NCBI GenBank assembly: GCA_037443205.1
Contig: JBBIOU010000015.1
Coordinates: 9,800-73,799 of the forward strand
Direction of reading: 5' to 3'
Source of the DNA: Flavobacteriales bacterium
GTDB taxonomy: Bacteria > Bacteroidota > Bacteroidia > Flavobacteriales_D > UBA2798
Length of the DNA stretch: 64,000 nucleotides
Position 1 is the stretch's first letter. Every line of letters begins with the position of its first letter. Shown in pieces: positions 19,039-29,394 of the stretch. The position numbers and the translations under genes are program-made. The notes beneath the pieces are model-generated. The model searched no databases. It was not told where the DNA came from and saw only the letters and a program-made list of their open reading frames with translations.

Positions 19039-19863
19039 ATGTTTAACAGTTTTTTATCTATTTTAAAAATTATCTTAAAATCTGCCTGGGTTGTAAAATT
19101 ACCCCGTACCAATGTTTCGCATTTATATATCTTAGCAAACGGACCCTCACTGAATGAATCGCTGAATAAACACGCTGAAAAATTTATTAAAGCTCATACA
19201 CTCTGCGTTAACAACTTTGCTTTTTCAGATTGGTTTATGAAAATACAACCAAAGTATTACGTAATAAATGCACCCGAATATTATTTACCCGAACCTCCCA
19301 CGCAAATACATAAAGAATATCGCGAAAATTTATTTAAGGCTTTGAAAAATGTAAACTGGGAGATGATATTTTTTGTTCCCTATGCTGCCCAAAAATCAAG
19401 TTATTGGAAAAAAATAAAAAACCAGTTACCCTCAAACATCCGCATAATATATTTTAACCAAACCCCTGTAGAAGGGAATATTGCAATTTCGCATTTTCTT
19501 TTTCGACACAATCTGGGCATTCCTCGTCCGCACAATGTACTTATCCCTTCCCTAATGCTTGCCATCAACATGTCGTATAAAAAAATAATGCTTTATGGTG
19601 CCGACCATTCCTGGCACGAAGATTTAAAAATAACTACCCATAATCAAATAGAGGTTAACCATACTCATTTTTACGACAAGGAAAAAGTTATTATGCCAAT
19701 GTATAAATTAGACGGGAAACCATTTTTTATACATGAAATTTTACGTAAATTATACTTAGCCTTTCAGGCTTATCATACCATAAAAAAATATGCCGACAGC
19801 CGCCAAACAACAATTATTAATTGCAGCGAAAAAAGCTATATAGATGCTTTTAAAAAAAACTAA
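19039..19863 (+). CDS. Hypothetical protein, possibly DUF115/MptE-like glycosylation accessory enzyme
   Basis: LYILANGPSLNESL resembles the GPSL motif of DUF115-type proteins. Starts 9 nt after the GT2 gene. The assignment is weak. Confidence 0.35.
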   Translation: MFNSFLSILKIILKSAWVVKLPRTNVSHLYILANGPSLNESLNKHAEKFIKAHTLCVNNFAFSDWFMKIQPKYYVINAPEYYLPEPPTQIHKEYRENLFKALKNVNWEMIFFVPYAAQKSSYWKKIKNQLPSNIRIIYFNQTPVEGNIAISHFLFRHNLGIPRPHNVLIPSLMLAINMSYKKIMLYGADHSWHEDLKITTHNQIEVNHTHFYDKEKVIMPMYKLDGKPFFIHEILRKLYLAFQAYHTIKKYADSRQTTIINCSEKSYIDAFKKN

Positions 19864-19926
19864 CATCTGCAAAGCGGCTTAATTATTGTTTATTATTTTT
19901 TGTTTAACTTTATGTAAAAGTTTTTA

Positions 19927-20562
19927 GTGAATATTTTTTTTAAAATATCAAGCACTATAATTATTTTTTGGGCAACCTCATCTTTTATAAATTATAAAGA
20001 ACAATATGCTACACCTGTATTTGCAATATCTTTAAACTATAGTGCCAACAGCACCTTTGGTACTTTTGCCATTGTTAAAGTTGCCGGAAACCGAATTGTT
20101 TTTACCAAACAAATTACCCTTGATCAATTTTTGCTATATATGTCGGGTACGCAATTATGCGAAGCTAATACCCAACTAAAAAATCTGTTTACCGAAAACA
20201 ATATAAAATATTGCCAACCCTATTTTGACACTATAAGGAGTAAAAAATTTTGCTACGACCCCGAAACTGCCAAAAGTAAAAGATGCGATGATATTAAATT
20301 AAAATATGCGGGGTTCGACTGCCCCTTGATACAAAACCTATGGAGGGTACGTTATAAACGCAATCCAGTTGCCGCAGATACCAGAGACGACTCGGGGTGG
20401 GCAAAATTATATTATCGCCCCTCTCCCAAACAAATGGAATATTTAATAAACAGATACCATCTCAAATCATTTACCGACTATATTTACGGAGAAAATCTTT
20501 ATCGCTTTTTACAAGATATTGGTGATTCTACCTGGATTGAAGAATATAAAAACATGGAATAA
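19927..20562 (+). CDS. Hypothetical protein (N-terminal hydrophobic anchor/signal)
   Basis: Open frame with coding-like composition and no recognisable motif. Confidence 0.45.
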   Translation: MNIFFKISSTIIIFWATSSFINYKEQYATPVFAISLNYSANSTFGTFAIVKVAGNRIVFTKQITLDQFLLYMSGTQLCEANTQLKNLFTENNIKYCQPYFDTIRSKKFCYDPETAKSKRCDDIKLKYAGFDCPLIQNLWRVRYKRNPVAADTRDDSGWAKLYYRPSPKQMEYLINRYHLKSFTDYIYGENLYRFLQDIGDSTWIEEYKNME

Positions 20563-21594
20563 TTGACACCTGAACACACACATATAAATCCCGACTTTAA
20601 ACTAAACCGAACGAATAACACCGATATAAAAAAGTTATTTGCCGGTATAAAAGAGCATGACACCCTTTCATTAAGCAAAGCTATTACCCTGATTGAAAGT
20701 AATAACAAAAAGCACCGCAGTATAGCAAGCGAATTAATTAAATTGTGCTTACCCCTATCGGGAAAATCATGGCGCATAGGCATAACCGGCACCCCCGGTG
20801 CAGGAAAAAGCACCTTGATTGAAGCATTAGGTAATTATTATTGCGAGCTAGGAAAAAAAATAGCCGTATTGGCTATAGACCCTTCCAGTACAATTACTAA
20901 AGGAAGCATTTTAGGCGATAAAACGCGCATGGAAAAACTTTCAGTTAATCCCCGGGCATTTATCAGACCCAGCGCTTCGGCAGGTACTTTAGGGGGAGTA
21001 GCACGCGCCACCAGCGAAGCTATACTGCTATGCGAAGCCGCAGGCTATGAAATAATTATGATTGAAACTGTAGGGGTAGGCCAATCCGAAACTGAAGTGC
21101 ATAATATGGTTGACCTGTTTATTTTACTTACCGGACCGGCCGCTGGTGACGAACTGCAAGGAATAAAAAGAGGAATAATGGAAATGGCTGATATAATTCT
21201 GGTAAACAAATATGACGGTGATTTAAAAACAGCAGCCAAAAACTCCCTCAACCAAATCAAAAATGCCTTACACCTGTTTCCTCCCAGAGCCGATAACTGG
21301 ATGGTAAAAGCAGCCCTTGTTTCCGCTTTGTATAACGAAGGAATAGAAAACATAAGCAAAATTATTGATAATTACTTCCTGCACCAGCAAGCCTATAACA
21401 GTATTGAAGAAAAAAGAAAAAAACAAGAACTGTACCGGCTTAATAAATACATTGAACAATCCCTTTTTAACCATTTTATAAATTCAGAAAAAGCTAAAAA
21501 ATTATTGGATGAAGCTAAAAAAAGCATTTTATTACAAAAATCCAATGCCTATTTAGAGGCTGATAAAATTTTAAACAGTATTTTAAAATTTTGA
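20563..21594 (+). CDS. meaB: Methylmalonyl-CoA mutase-associated GTPase MeaB/ArgK
   Basis: P-loop GITGTPGAGKST, plus LAIDPSS and GSILGDKTRM motifs. A TTG start abuts the upstream stop. Confidence 0.8.
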   Translation: MTPEHTHINPDFKLNRTNNTDIKKLFAGIKEHDTLSLSKAITLIESNNKKHRSIASELIKLCLPLSGKSWRIGITGTPGAGKSTLIEALGNYYCELGKKIAVLAIDPSSTITKGSILGDKTRMEKLSVNPRAFIRPSASAGTLGGVARATSEAILLCEAAGYEIIMIETVGVGQSETEVHNMVDLFILLTGPAAGDELQGIKRGIMEMADIILVNKYDGDLKTAAKNSLNQIKNALHLFPPRADNWMVKAALVSALYNEGIENISKIIDNYFLHQQAYNSIEEKRKKQELYRLNKYIEQSLFNHFINSEKAKKLLDEAKKSILLQKSNAYLEADKILNSILKF

Positions 21595-21725
21595 ATATCA
21601 AATATTTATCTTTTATCAACTTATTTTTCGTAATATTTTAACAACTTTTACTGCTCATAAAAAAACAGAAATACTTAACTTCAAGCTCCCTAAAATGAGG
21701 GGGGTGTAATTAAATTTTAATAATA

Positions 21726-22739
21726 ATGAATTTTACAGGGAAGAAAATTCCGGGGTTTATTGTTTTATTATTAACCTTTCTTTATGGTACCCTGGCCAAT
21801 GCTCAGGGGGGAGAAATGATAGAAGGGAAAGAAATAATAGACACCATTAAAATGAACAATACCAGTGTTATACTTTTTGCCGATCGCACCTGGATGTATG
21901 TTCCCCGCACCGATTTTGACGGCAATCTGTATCCTGAAATACACCGGCAGGTTTCAGATACCTCAGTTAACTTTAAGTTACACTGGCTGAATGATATATG
22001 TTTTACTTATGATAATGACATAAGTAAATTAAAAGACAGTATTTGGCTTTGTACCGTAGATGATAATCATCGTGATTTTTGCATACCTGTTCCCGGTGCT
22101 GTTATCTCTAACTTTAAATACAGAGGTTCCAGGTTTCACCACGGTGTAGATATAGATTTAAATGTGGGAGATACGGTTTTAGCAGCTTTTAACGGTGTAG
22201 TGCGCTATGCACAATATAACAAAGGTGGCTTTGGAAATTTGGTCATCATTCGTCATTACAATGGTTTAGAAACCTACTATGCTCATCTTTCAAAAATTGA
22301 AGTAGAAGTAAATCAGGAAGTTAGAGCCGGACAGTTGATTGGATTAGGTGGAAAAACAGGCAGAGCTTACGGTCCTCATTTACACTTTGAAGTTCGTTTT
22401 TACGACCACGCCTTTGATCCCTATGAAGTTATTGACTTTGAAAACAAAAAACTTAAAGACGAAAATTTATTTATCCATCCCGGAATGTTTGATTATAAAA
22501 TAGTATCCAGAAAAAACTACATACAAACACATCAATCAAACAGCAAACATATACATTCATCCCATAATGCAGTAGTAAAACCCGCCACTAAAGACACTAA
22601 GTATTACACCGTTAAAAGTGGCGATACACTGTCGGGCATAGCAAGCCGCTACGGAACATCCGTAAAAAAACTTTGCACACTAAACGGTATATCTCAAAAT
22701 AAAACCCTACAAATCGGTCAAAAACTTAGAATTAATTAG
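21726..22739 (+). CDS. M23 family metallopeptidase with C-terminal LysM domain
   Basis: HHGVDIDL, ...[22 protein letters not shown] and GPHLHFEVR motifs. LysM segment: [30 protein letters not shown]. Confidence 0.85.
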   Translation: MNFTGKKIPGFIVLLLTFLYGTLANAQGGEMIEGKEIIDTIKMNNTSVILFADRTWMYVPRTDFDGNLYPEIHRQVSDTSVNFKLHWLNDICFTYDNDISKLKDSIWLCTVDDNHRDFCIPVPGAVISNFKYRGSRFHHGVDIDLNVGDTVLAAFNGVVRYAQYNKGGFGNLVIIRHYNGLETYYAHLSKIEVEVNQEVRAGQLIGLGGKTGRAYGPHLHFEVRFYDHAFDPYEVIDFENKKLKDENLFIHPGMFDYKIVSRKNYIQTHQSNSKHIHSSHNAVVKPATKDTKYYTVKSGDTLSGIASRYGTSVKKLCTLNGISQNKTLQIGQKLRIN

Positions 22740-24126
22740 TTTTTGCTAATTGCTTGATTTCCAGCATAATTTTTTGAGCTAATGCGTTAGCCGATTGTTC
22801 TGACCGGCTTTCGGCATATATACGAATAATGGGTTCTGTATTACTTTTTCTAAGATGTACCCATTCATTATCAAACTCTATTTTCAAACCATCCGTTTCG
22901 TTATAGGGATGAGACTTAAATTTCTCCTTCATGGATTTTAGTATATTCTCAACGTCTACAGAGGGTGTGAGTTCAATTTTATTTTTCGAAATATGATAGT
23001 TTGGATAAGTATTGCGCAACTCGCTTGCACTTTTATGGCTCAGTGCCAAATGCGATAAAAACAATGCTATACCAACCAAAGCATCTCGACCATAATGTAA
23101 ATCCGGGTAAATAATACCACCGTTACCCTCCCCTCCTATTACGGCATTAACTTTTTTCATCATTGCTACCACGTTAACTTCTCCTACGGCCGAAGCAAAA
23201 TAAGTGCCCCCGTGTTTTTCGGTAACATCGCGTAAAGCACGGGTTGATGACAAATTAGATACTGTATTTCCTTTCTGATGTTTTAATACATAATCAGCAA
23301 CGGCTACCAGTGTATATTCTTCGCCAAACATATCTCCATTTTCGCATACCAAAGCCAACCTGTCAACATCAGGATCTACCACTATGCCTAAATCAGCTTT
23401 TAATTTTTTAATTTCATTAGATATATCGGTTAAATGCTCGGGTAAAGGTTCGGGGTTGTGCGGAAAATGGCCATTAACATTGCAATATAGTTTGGTAATT
23501 TTTTTTACGCCCAGTGCTTCCAGCAGCATAGGCACAGCAATTCCTCCGGTAGAGTTTACACAATCGCACACAATATGAAAATTTTTTTGTTCAATAGCCG
23601 ATATATTTACCAAGGGTAGCTTGCAAATGCTTTCTATGTGCTTTTTCAGGTAGTTATCATCGTACCTAACATTGCCCAATTCATTTATCTCTACAAACTC
23701 AATGTTTTCGTTTGTTGCAATTTTTAAAACTTCGGCTCCCCATTGTTCCGAAATAAATTCTCCTTTTTCATTTAACAACTTTAATGCATTCCATTGAGCA
23801 GGATTATGACTGGCTGTAAGTATAATTCCTGCCTGTGCATTTTCTAATGGAACAGCCATCTCAACAGTGGGCGTGGTAGATAAACCTAAATCTAATACCT
23901 CTATTCCTAAACCAATCAAAGTATTTACTACCAAATTATTTATCATTTCTCCGGAAATACGGGCATCGCGACCTATTACGATTTTAATTTTTTGATTCGG
24001 ATATTTTTGCTTAATTAGATATCCAAAAGCTGCCGAAAATTTAACAGTATCAATAGGTGTGAGGCCTTCTGAGGGTTTTCCCCCGATAGTGCCTCTAATT
24101 CCGGATATGGATTTGATTAACGTCAT
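22732..24126 (-). CDS. glmM: Phosphoglucosamine mutase
   Basis: Active-site loop [13 protein letters not shown] and a Mg-binding DPDVDR motif. Confidence 0.8.
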   Translation of the reverse strand: MTLIKSISGIRGTIGGKPSEGLTPIDTVKFSAAFGYLIKQKYPNQKIKIVIGRDARISGEMINNLVVNTLIGLGIEVLDLGLSTTPTVEMAVPLENAQAGIILTASHNPAQWNALKLLNEKGEFISEQWGAEVLKIATNENIEFVEINELGNVRYDDNYLKKHIESICKLPLVNISAIEQKNFHIVCDCVNSTGGIAVPMLLEALGVKKITKLYCNVNGHFPHNPEPLPEHLTDISNEIKKLKADLGIVVDPDVDRLALVCENGDMFGEEYTLVAVADYVLKHQKGNTVSNLSSTRALRDVTEKHGGTYFASAVGEVNVVAMMKKVNAVIGGEGNGGIIYPDLHYGRDALVGIALFLSHLALSHKSASELRNTYPNYHISKNKIELTPSVDVENILKSMKEKFKSHPYNETDGLKIEFDNEWVHLRKSNTEPIIRIYAESRSEQSANALAQKIMLEIKQLAKTN

Positions 24127-24165
24127 AAAGAAAAAATTTGCGAAAAATAATGAAATATTAAGTGC

Positions 24166-25203
24166 TTACACAAAACCCAAACGTTTTTGCATTTCGGGAC
24201 TTAGTTCGGGTAATTTTCTGCGTTCTATCAAAAAACTGGTAAGCGCTGCTATTTCTTTAAATATATAATGTTTATCTAATGCTCCTTTTAAATATTCTTT
24301 GCCTGTACTGCCACCGGTGCCGGTTCGCAACCCTATTATGCGGTGCACCATATTCATGTGCCTGAAACGCCAGGTAGAAAGTTGTTCATCCGTTTCCAAT
24401 AAATTATTTAATAATCTGAAAGGAAGTTGTAAGATAGGATATCCTCTGTATAACATGATAAATAATGCCGCTCTGGATGCCTTTGCAGATAATGACCTTT
24501 CGGCATTGTTTTCAAAAAATATTTCATCAAAAAGTTTTATGTTTTGTTTTTCTCCTTCTACCAGACTTTGTTCGTATTCTTTCCTATAGTCGCTCCAAAA
24601 AACATGCATCTTTTCATTGTAGGGATATTTGGATTTAAAATTTTTCCAGTTTTCCGGCTCATCAAAAAACGGCATACGCTCTAACCAAGCATTTATTAAC
24701 TCTAAAAGCGTGGGTTGTTTTTCTATATTTTTAATCATTTCGCGTTGAGCTTCTCGTAGTTGAGAAACATAATATTCTTGTCCGTAACGATGCTGATATC
24801 GTAATCCCAATTTTGCTTCGGTAATCTTAAACTGCCAACTCTGAAAACCAGATGCAGGTCTGAGCAAATCGCGAAAATCGAGAAAATCCATGGGTGTCAT
24901 CGTTTCCATAATATCAATTTGATGTACCAAAACTTTTAAGATTGTGTTTATCCTATCGGTTCTGTGCACAACTGTTTGTAATTCGGGCGAATTGTCATTT
25001 ACCGGTTTAGACATAATGGCTGCTATCGAATCTATTTCGTAAATAATTTGTTTAAACCATAATTCGTATGCCTGATGAATAATGATAAACAGCATTTCAT
25101 CGTGTGCGTTAATCTTTGCCAAATCGCTTTCGGGTTGTTGGGCGTTTAAAATTTTATCCAGTTGCAGGTAATCACTGTAATGTACTTCATGTTTTGTTGA
25201 CAT
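24166..25203 (-). CDS. kynA: Tryptophan 2,3-dioxygenase
   Basis: YSDYLQLDKILNAQ...HDEMLFIIIHQAYELWFKQ and the ...FRHMNMVHRIIG... pattern of TDO. Confidence 0.8.
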   Translation of the reverse strand: MSTKHEVHYSDYLQLDKILNAQQPESDLAKINAHDEMLFIIIHQAYELWFKQIIYEIDSIAAIMSKPVNDNSPELQTVVHRTDRINTILKVLVHQIDIMETMTPMDFLDFRDLLRPASGFQSWQFKITEAKLGLRYQHRYGQEYYVSQLREAQREMIKNIEKQPTLLELINAWLERMPFFDEPENWKNFKSKYPYNEKMHVFWSDYRKEYEQSLVEGEKQNIKLFDEIFFENNAERSLSAKASRAALFIMLYRGYPILQLPFRLLNNLLETDEQLSTWRFRHMNMVHRIIGLRTGTGGSTGKEYLKGALDKHYIFKEIAALTSFLIERRKLPELSPEMQKRLGFV

Positions 25204-25266
25204 AATATTAATTTTCGGTAAAGTAAATAAAAAATGGGTTTTTTGAGATATGATTTACATCATAAA

Positions 25267-25410
25267 CCCAAATTCAGCATTAGAAATTTGAATTTATTTC
25301 AAATTTTCGGCCAGAGGCGGACTGAGTGTGTTGAGTGTCGTGTGGGATTTGGGTTATCTGCCATCAGGCGAACATTACCCATTAGCATGCGTAATGTGTG
25401 ATAAAAAACA
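25267..25410 (+). repeat. Copy 1 of ~143-bp structured intergenic repeat
   Basis: Aligns by eye with 29119-29261. The first ~62 nt differ at 3 positions. Contains the AT hairpin gaaatttgaa/ttcaaattt and a long-range cccaaat/atttggg pairing. Confidence 0.7.
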
Positions 25411-25428
25411 TCTTGTTTTATATAATAA

Positions 25429-26475
25429 TTACAAATAGATTGCTCCGCTAATACTGTTGCTTTTTGCACCGGTATAACTTTTTTGTATATTTTCCTTTGC
25501 TAAAAATCGTAATAAACCCAGCCAGGCAAAAACCAGGGCTTCTTTATAATCAACAATAATTTTATCAGGTACAACAACTTTACCGGAAAAATGAGATTTA
25601 ATCTTTTCCATTAAATAGAGGTTATGTGCGCCACCCCCGGTTACCAGCATTAGTCCTTGTTTATTACAAACAGCCGAAATTTGCATGGCAATATGATGGC
25701 AAACCGTTGCCAGTTTATCTTCAACAGATATTTTACTTTGGTCTAAAAGAGGTTTGAATGTTGACTCAAACCATTCTCTTGCCAAAGACTTAGGAGCAGG
25801 TAAACTATAATAATGTAATTTATTTAATTGATTTAAAAGTTTATTATAAACCATCCCCTTAGCTGCAAGCATACCGTTTTTGTCGTAAGCAAGTTTTTTT
25901 TGATTAGCCAGATAATTTAAGGCCATGTTCACAGGGCAAATATCAAAAGCTTTTCTTTGTTTTTTTTCTTTATAAGACACATTGGCTATACCTCCTAAAT
26001 TGAGGCAATAATCGTAAGCAGCAAATAAGTCTTCATCACCTTGCGGAACCAAGGGCGCTCCCTGCCCGCCTAAAGCCACATCCACCGAACGAAAGTCACA
26101 AACCACCGGTACCCCGGTTTCGGCTGCTAACACAGCGCCCGAGCCTATTTGCAGGGTAATTTTTTTTTCGGGTTGATGAAAAACGGTATGCCCATGCGAA
26201 GCTATTAAATCAACTTTGCATTTATATTTCTTAAAAAATAAATTTATCCGTTCTGCCATAAAACAGGCAAACTCATTGTGTAATATTCCCAGCTCGAGCG
26301 CTGACAAATGATGAGCATTGCGCAACTTTTTAGTTAGTACGTTGTTATATTTGAAAGTTTGTGCATGCAGAATATGAAAATTATTTTTTTTATTGACATT
26401 AAACTTACACAAGGCTACATCCAAGCCATCCAGCGAAGTGCCTGACATTAAACCTAAAACATGATATATGGACAT
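25429..26475 (-). CDS. anmK: Anhydro-N-acetylmuramic acid kinase
   Basis: N-terminal GLMSGTSLDGLDVAL and the ...GGGAHN... motif. Confidence 0.85.
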   Translation of the reverse strand: MSIYHVLGLMSGTSLDGLDVALCKFNVNKKNNFHILHAQTFKYNNVLTKKLRNAHHLSALELGILHNEFACFMAERINLFFKKYKCKVDLIASHGHTVFHQPEKKITLQIGSGAVLAAETGVPVVCDFRSVDVALGGQGAPLVPQGDEDLFAAYDYCLNLGGIANVSYKEKKQRKAFDICPVNMALNYLANQKKLAYDKNGMLAAKGMVYNKLLNQLNKLHYYSLPAPKSLAREWFESTFKPLLDQSKISVEDKLATVCHHIAMQISAVCNKQGLMLVTGGGAHNLYLMEKIKSHFSGKVVVPDKIIVDYKEALVFAWLGLLRFLAKENIQKSYTGAKSNSISGAIYL

Positions 26476-26502
26476 AAATTAGTATAAAACCGCATAAAAT
26501 TA

Positions 26503-26510
26503 TACATTTG
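26503..26510 (+). promoter_or_regulatory. -7 box (TAnnTTTG) upstream of acyl-CoA dehydrogenase
   Basis: tacatttg, 27 nt upstream of ATG 26537. Confidence 0.45.
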
Positions 26511-26536
26511 CCAGCCAAATAAAAATTTTAAAGTAT

Positions 26537-27679
26537 ATGAATTTTCAGCTAACAGAAGAACATCTTGCCGTGCGCAATGCAGCCCGCGATTTTGCACAAA
26601 ATGTTTTAAAACCCGGAGTTATTGAGCGTGATACACATCAGCGATTTCCGGCTGACGAAATAAAACAATTGGCAGAACTTGGTTTTATGGGCATGATGGT
26701 TGACCCAAAATATGGGGGCAGCGGCATGGATACAATTTCTTATGTATTGGCCATGGAAGAAATTTCTAAAATAGATGCTTCTACCTCGGTGTGTATGAGT
26801 GTAAATAATTCATTAGTGTGTTGGGGCTTAGAAGCTTTTGGCACCGAAGAACAAAAACAAAAATATTTGGTTCCCTTAGCAAAAGGCGAAAAAATTGGCG
26901 CATTTTGCTTATCAGAACCCGAAGCAGGTAGCGATGCTACTTCGCAAAAAACTACAGCCATAGATAAAGGTGATTATTATTTGCTTAACGGCACTAAAAA
27001 CTGGATTACCAATGGCAGCAGCGCCTCTGTTTACCTGGTTATTGCACAAACAAATCCCGAAAAAGGACATAAAGGCATTAACGCGCTTATTGTAGAACGT
27101 GGTATGGAAGGATTTATCGTAGGAGCTAAAGAAGATAAAATGGGCATCAGAGGCTCAGATACCCACACATTGATTTTTAATGATGTAAAAGTACCTAAAC
27201 AAAATCGTATTGGCGAAGATGGCTTTGGATTTAAGTTTGCTATGAAAACCTTATCGGGCGGAAGAATAGGTATTGCTTCGCAAGCTTTAGGAATAGCTTC
27301 GGGTGCTTATGAACTTGCTCTTGCTTATTCAAAAGAAAGAAAAGCTTTTGGAAAAACTATTTCTCAACACCAGGCCATACAATTTAAATTAGCAGATATG
27401 GCTACCGAAATAGAGGCCGCCCGAGCACTTTGTTTAAAAGCCGCCTGGTTAAAAGACCAACATAAAAACTACGATTTAGCCGGTAGTATGGCTAAACTTT
27501 ATGCCTCGCGTGTAGCCATGTGGGTTACCACTGAGGCCGTGCAAATTCACGGAGGATATGGCTACGTTAAAGAATATCACGTTGAACGATTGATGCGTGA
27601 TGCTAAAATTACTCAAATTTATGAAGGTACCAGCGAAGTGCAAAAAATTGTTATTTCTAGAAGTTTATTAAAAGATTAA
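26537..27679 (+). CDS. Acyl-CoA dehydrogenase (short/medium-chain type)
   Basis: GAFCLSEPEAGSDA, WITNG and IYEGTSEVQ motifs. The 380-aa length is typical. Confidence 0.9.
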   Translation: MNFQLTEEHLAVRNAARDFAQNVLKPGVIERDTHQRFPADEIKQLAELGFMGMMVDPKYGGSGMDTISYVLAMEEISKIDASTSVCMSVNNSLVCWGLEAFGTEEQKQKYLVPLAKGEKIGAFCLSEPEAGSDATSQKTTAIDKGDYYLLNGTKNWITNGSSASVYLVIAQTNPEKGHKGINALIVERGMEGFIVGAKEDKMGIRGSDTHTLIFNDVKVPKQNRIGEDGFGFKFAMKTLSGGRIGIASQALGIASGAYELALAYSKERKAFGKTISQHQAIQFKLADMATEIEAARALCLKAAWLKDQHKNYDLAGSMAKLYASRVAMWVTTEAVQIHGGYGYVKEYHVERLMRDAKITQIYEGTSEVQKIVISRSLLKD

Positions 27680-28280
27680 TTTGCTTTTGTAAATATACCG
27701 CTAAAAATACAAATAGAGGTGCCGCTAACACATCTATGGTATAGTGTACATGTTGTAATATTAATAAAAAACCTATCATTGCTGCGAACATATAAAAAAT
27801 GATTTTGAGTGTTTTATTTCTAAAACAAACACCAAACATACATACGGTAGCAGTATGACCTGAAAAAAATAAATCTTTTAAAACAGTTGTGTTTTGATAA
27901 AATGTATTTTCCAAAAAAAAATCTTTAAGCGGAATGATACTAGCAGGTGCTTCAAGAGGCAACAAATACATGGTAAACATACGCAGTAAAAGTATGCCTG
28001 TGTACACTTGTAAGATCTGTACAAATAAAACAGGTTTTTGTAATACCAGTATTATACCTGTTATTGAAACAACATAGGTTAAAACAAAGATATACATCGA
28101 AACATCTATGGGAGTAAACAAACTTAAAACCGGATCATTAAAATCATACCCTCTTCTGCTTTCATTAAATATAAGAAAATAAGTAAAACAATAAAGCACT
28201 ATTACCAGCAATGTAAGAGTGAAAAAAAACACTACAGTATTTTTACCTTTACTGAAATATAATTTCCAGGCAATTATCAT
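27657..28280 (-). CDS. PAP2_C/sphingomyelin-synthase-like membrane protein
   Basis: Six hydrophobic helices with SGHT...HYTIDV motifs. Its 3' end overlaps the convergent acd gene by 23 nt. Confidence 0.5.
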   Translation of the reverse strand: MIIAWKLYFSKGKNTVVFFFTLTLLVIVLYCFTYFLIFNESRRGYDFNDPVLSLFTPIDVSMYIFVLTYVVSITGIILVLQKPVLFVQILQVYTGILLLRMFTMYLLPLEAPASIIPLKDFFLENTFYQNTTVLKDLFFSGHTATVCMFGVCFRNKTLKIIFYMFAAMIGFLLILQHVHYTIDVLAAPLFVFLAVYLQKQINLLINF

Positions 28281-28308
28281 TTAAGCAGGATAAGTATAAA
28301 AAAAACAA

Positions 28309-28878
28309 TTAAACCCGTAAAGATGCACGAAAGCCTCTGGCTGCGTAGTAAGACTCTGCACCGTTGTGGTAAACAAACACCTTACCATACCGATAGTCAC
28401 CAAAAATGGCACCTCCCAGTTTTCTGATATCATCGGGCGTTTTTAACCAACTGGATGTTTTTGTATCAAATTTATCCAAGGTTTGCAAATAGCGGTATTC
28501 CTCTTCATTGAGTATTTCAACACCTATAGATTTTGCGAAGCCTAACGCACTGTTCTTAGGTTTATTTTCTTTACGCGAATTTAGAGCAGCTTCATCATAA
28601 CAAAAACTTCTGCGTCCGACAGGACTTTCAATTGAACAATCGTAAAAAAAATATTCACCGGATTTTTTATCATATATCACTACATCAGGTTCACCACCTG
28701 TATTCTCCATTTGGTAAAGTGAAAAAAGTTTATCGGGGTTAGATAATAATTTTGATTCTACCTTAGTCCAGTCTATTGCCTTATGCCTATGCATATTTTT
28801 TTCAAAACGAACTTTTAAGTTTTTTAAAAATTCTACTTTTAGTTTAGCAGTAAATTCTTTATTAATTTTTTGTACCAT
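28309..28878 (-). CDS. DUF4256-like protein
   Basis: 189 aa. The pattern ...MENTGGEPDVV...FYDCS.ESP.GRRS.CYD matches my recollection of DUF4256. Function unknown. Confidence 0.45.
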   Translation of the reverse strand: MVQKINKEFTAKLKVEFLKNLKVRFEKNMHRHKAIDWTKVESKLLSNPDKLFSLYQMENTGGEPDVVIYDKKSGEYFFYDCSIESPVGRRSFCYDEAALNSRKENKPKNSALGFAKSIGVEILNEEEYRYLQTLDKFDTKTSSWLKTPDDIRKLGGAIFGDYRYGKVFVYHNGAESYYAARGFRASLRV

Positions 28879-29118
28879 ACTATTCTAATTATAGTGTTCT
28901 AAAAATAGTTTCAAAAATAAATTTTACAGGCATTTGCCAATTTATAAAATTTTAAGCGGGATAATACCATTGTATAATGTCTTATTATCTTAAAGCTTAT
29001 TTTTATTGTTATAAATCAAGATATCTAATGATAAACTCAATTCAATAAAATGTAACACATATTGTTTGTATTGCTTAATGCCGGTTAATTTTTTTCATCA
29101 AATTTAGTTCATTATTAT

Positions 29119-29261
29119 CCCAAATTCAGCATTAGAAATTTGGATTTATTTCAAATTTTCCGCAAGAGGCGGACTGAGTGCTTTGACAAAGGGGCGGGAT
29201 TTGGGTTATCCGCTCTCAGGCGAGCATTACGTATACTAATGCATAATGTAGGAAAAAAACA
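29119..29261 (+). repeat. Copy 2 of ~143-bp structured intergenic repeat
   Basis: See copy 1. Same orientation, ending 134 nt upstream of the SMC-like operon ATG. Confidence 0.7.
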
Positions 29262-29365
29262 GGTTATCAACAAAATGCTAAAACTTGTTCATATCCTTTA
29301 ACAAGTTGTAAGGAAGTGTTAAAAAATTACCTGATTTAAGATTAAACTGTACCCGGGGTGATGAC

Positions 29366-29373
29366 TATATTTG
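29366..29373 (+). promoter_or_regulatory. -7 box (TAnnTTTG) for the SMC-like operon
   Basis: tatatttg, 22 nt upstream of ATG 29395. It overlaps the TTG at 29371 used by the ORF track, which argues for ATG 29395 as the real start. Confidence 0.45.
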
Positions 29374-29394
29374 TTGTTTATAAAAATAAATAAA

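Noticed and set aside
20300-20335. tRNA-like T-arm string ggggttcgactgcccc
   Set aside because: It lies in-frame inside the 19927-20562 CDS. No acceptor, D or anticodon arms can be built around it.
28879-29118. Small ORFs (e.g. a 23-codon ORF, MSYYLKAYFYCYKSRYLMINSIQ) in the long AT-rich spacer upstream of the repeat
   Set aside because: They have no promoter box or conservation evidence, and such ORFs are expected by chance in AT-rich intergenic DNA.
25267-29261. The two 143-bp direct repeats as att sites bounding a 3.7-kb mobile island
   Set aside because: The enclosed genes (anmK, acyl-CoA dehydrogenase, PAP2-like, DUF4256) look like ordinary chromosomal genes on both strands. There is no integrase, transposase or tRNA. 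The repeats are diverged (~80% identical by eye), unlike fresh att duplications.
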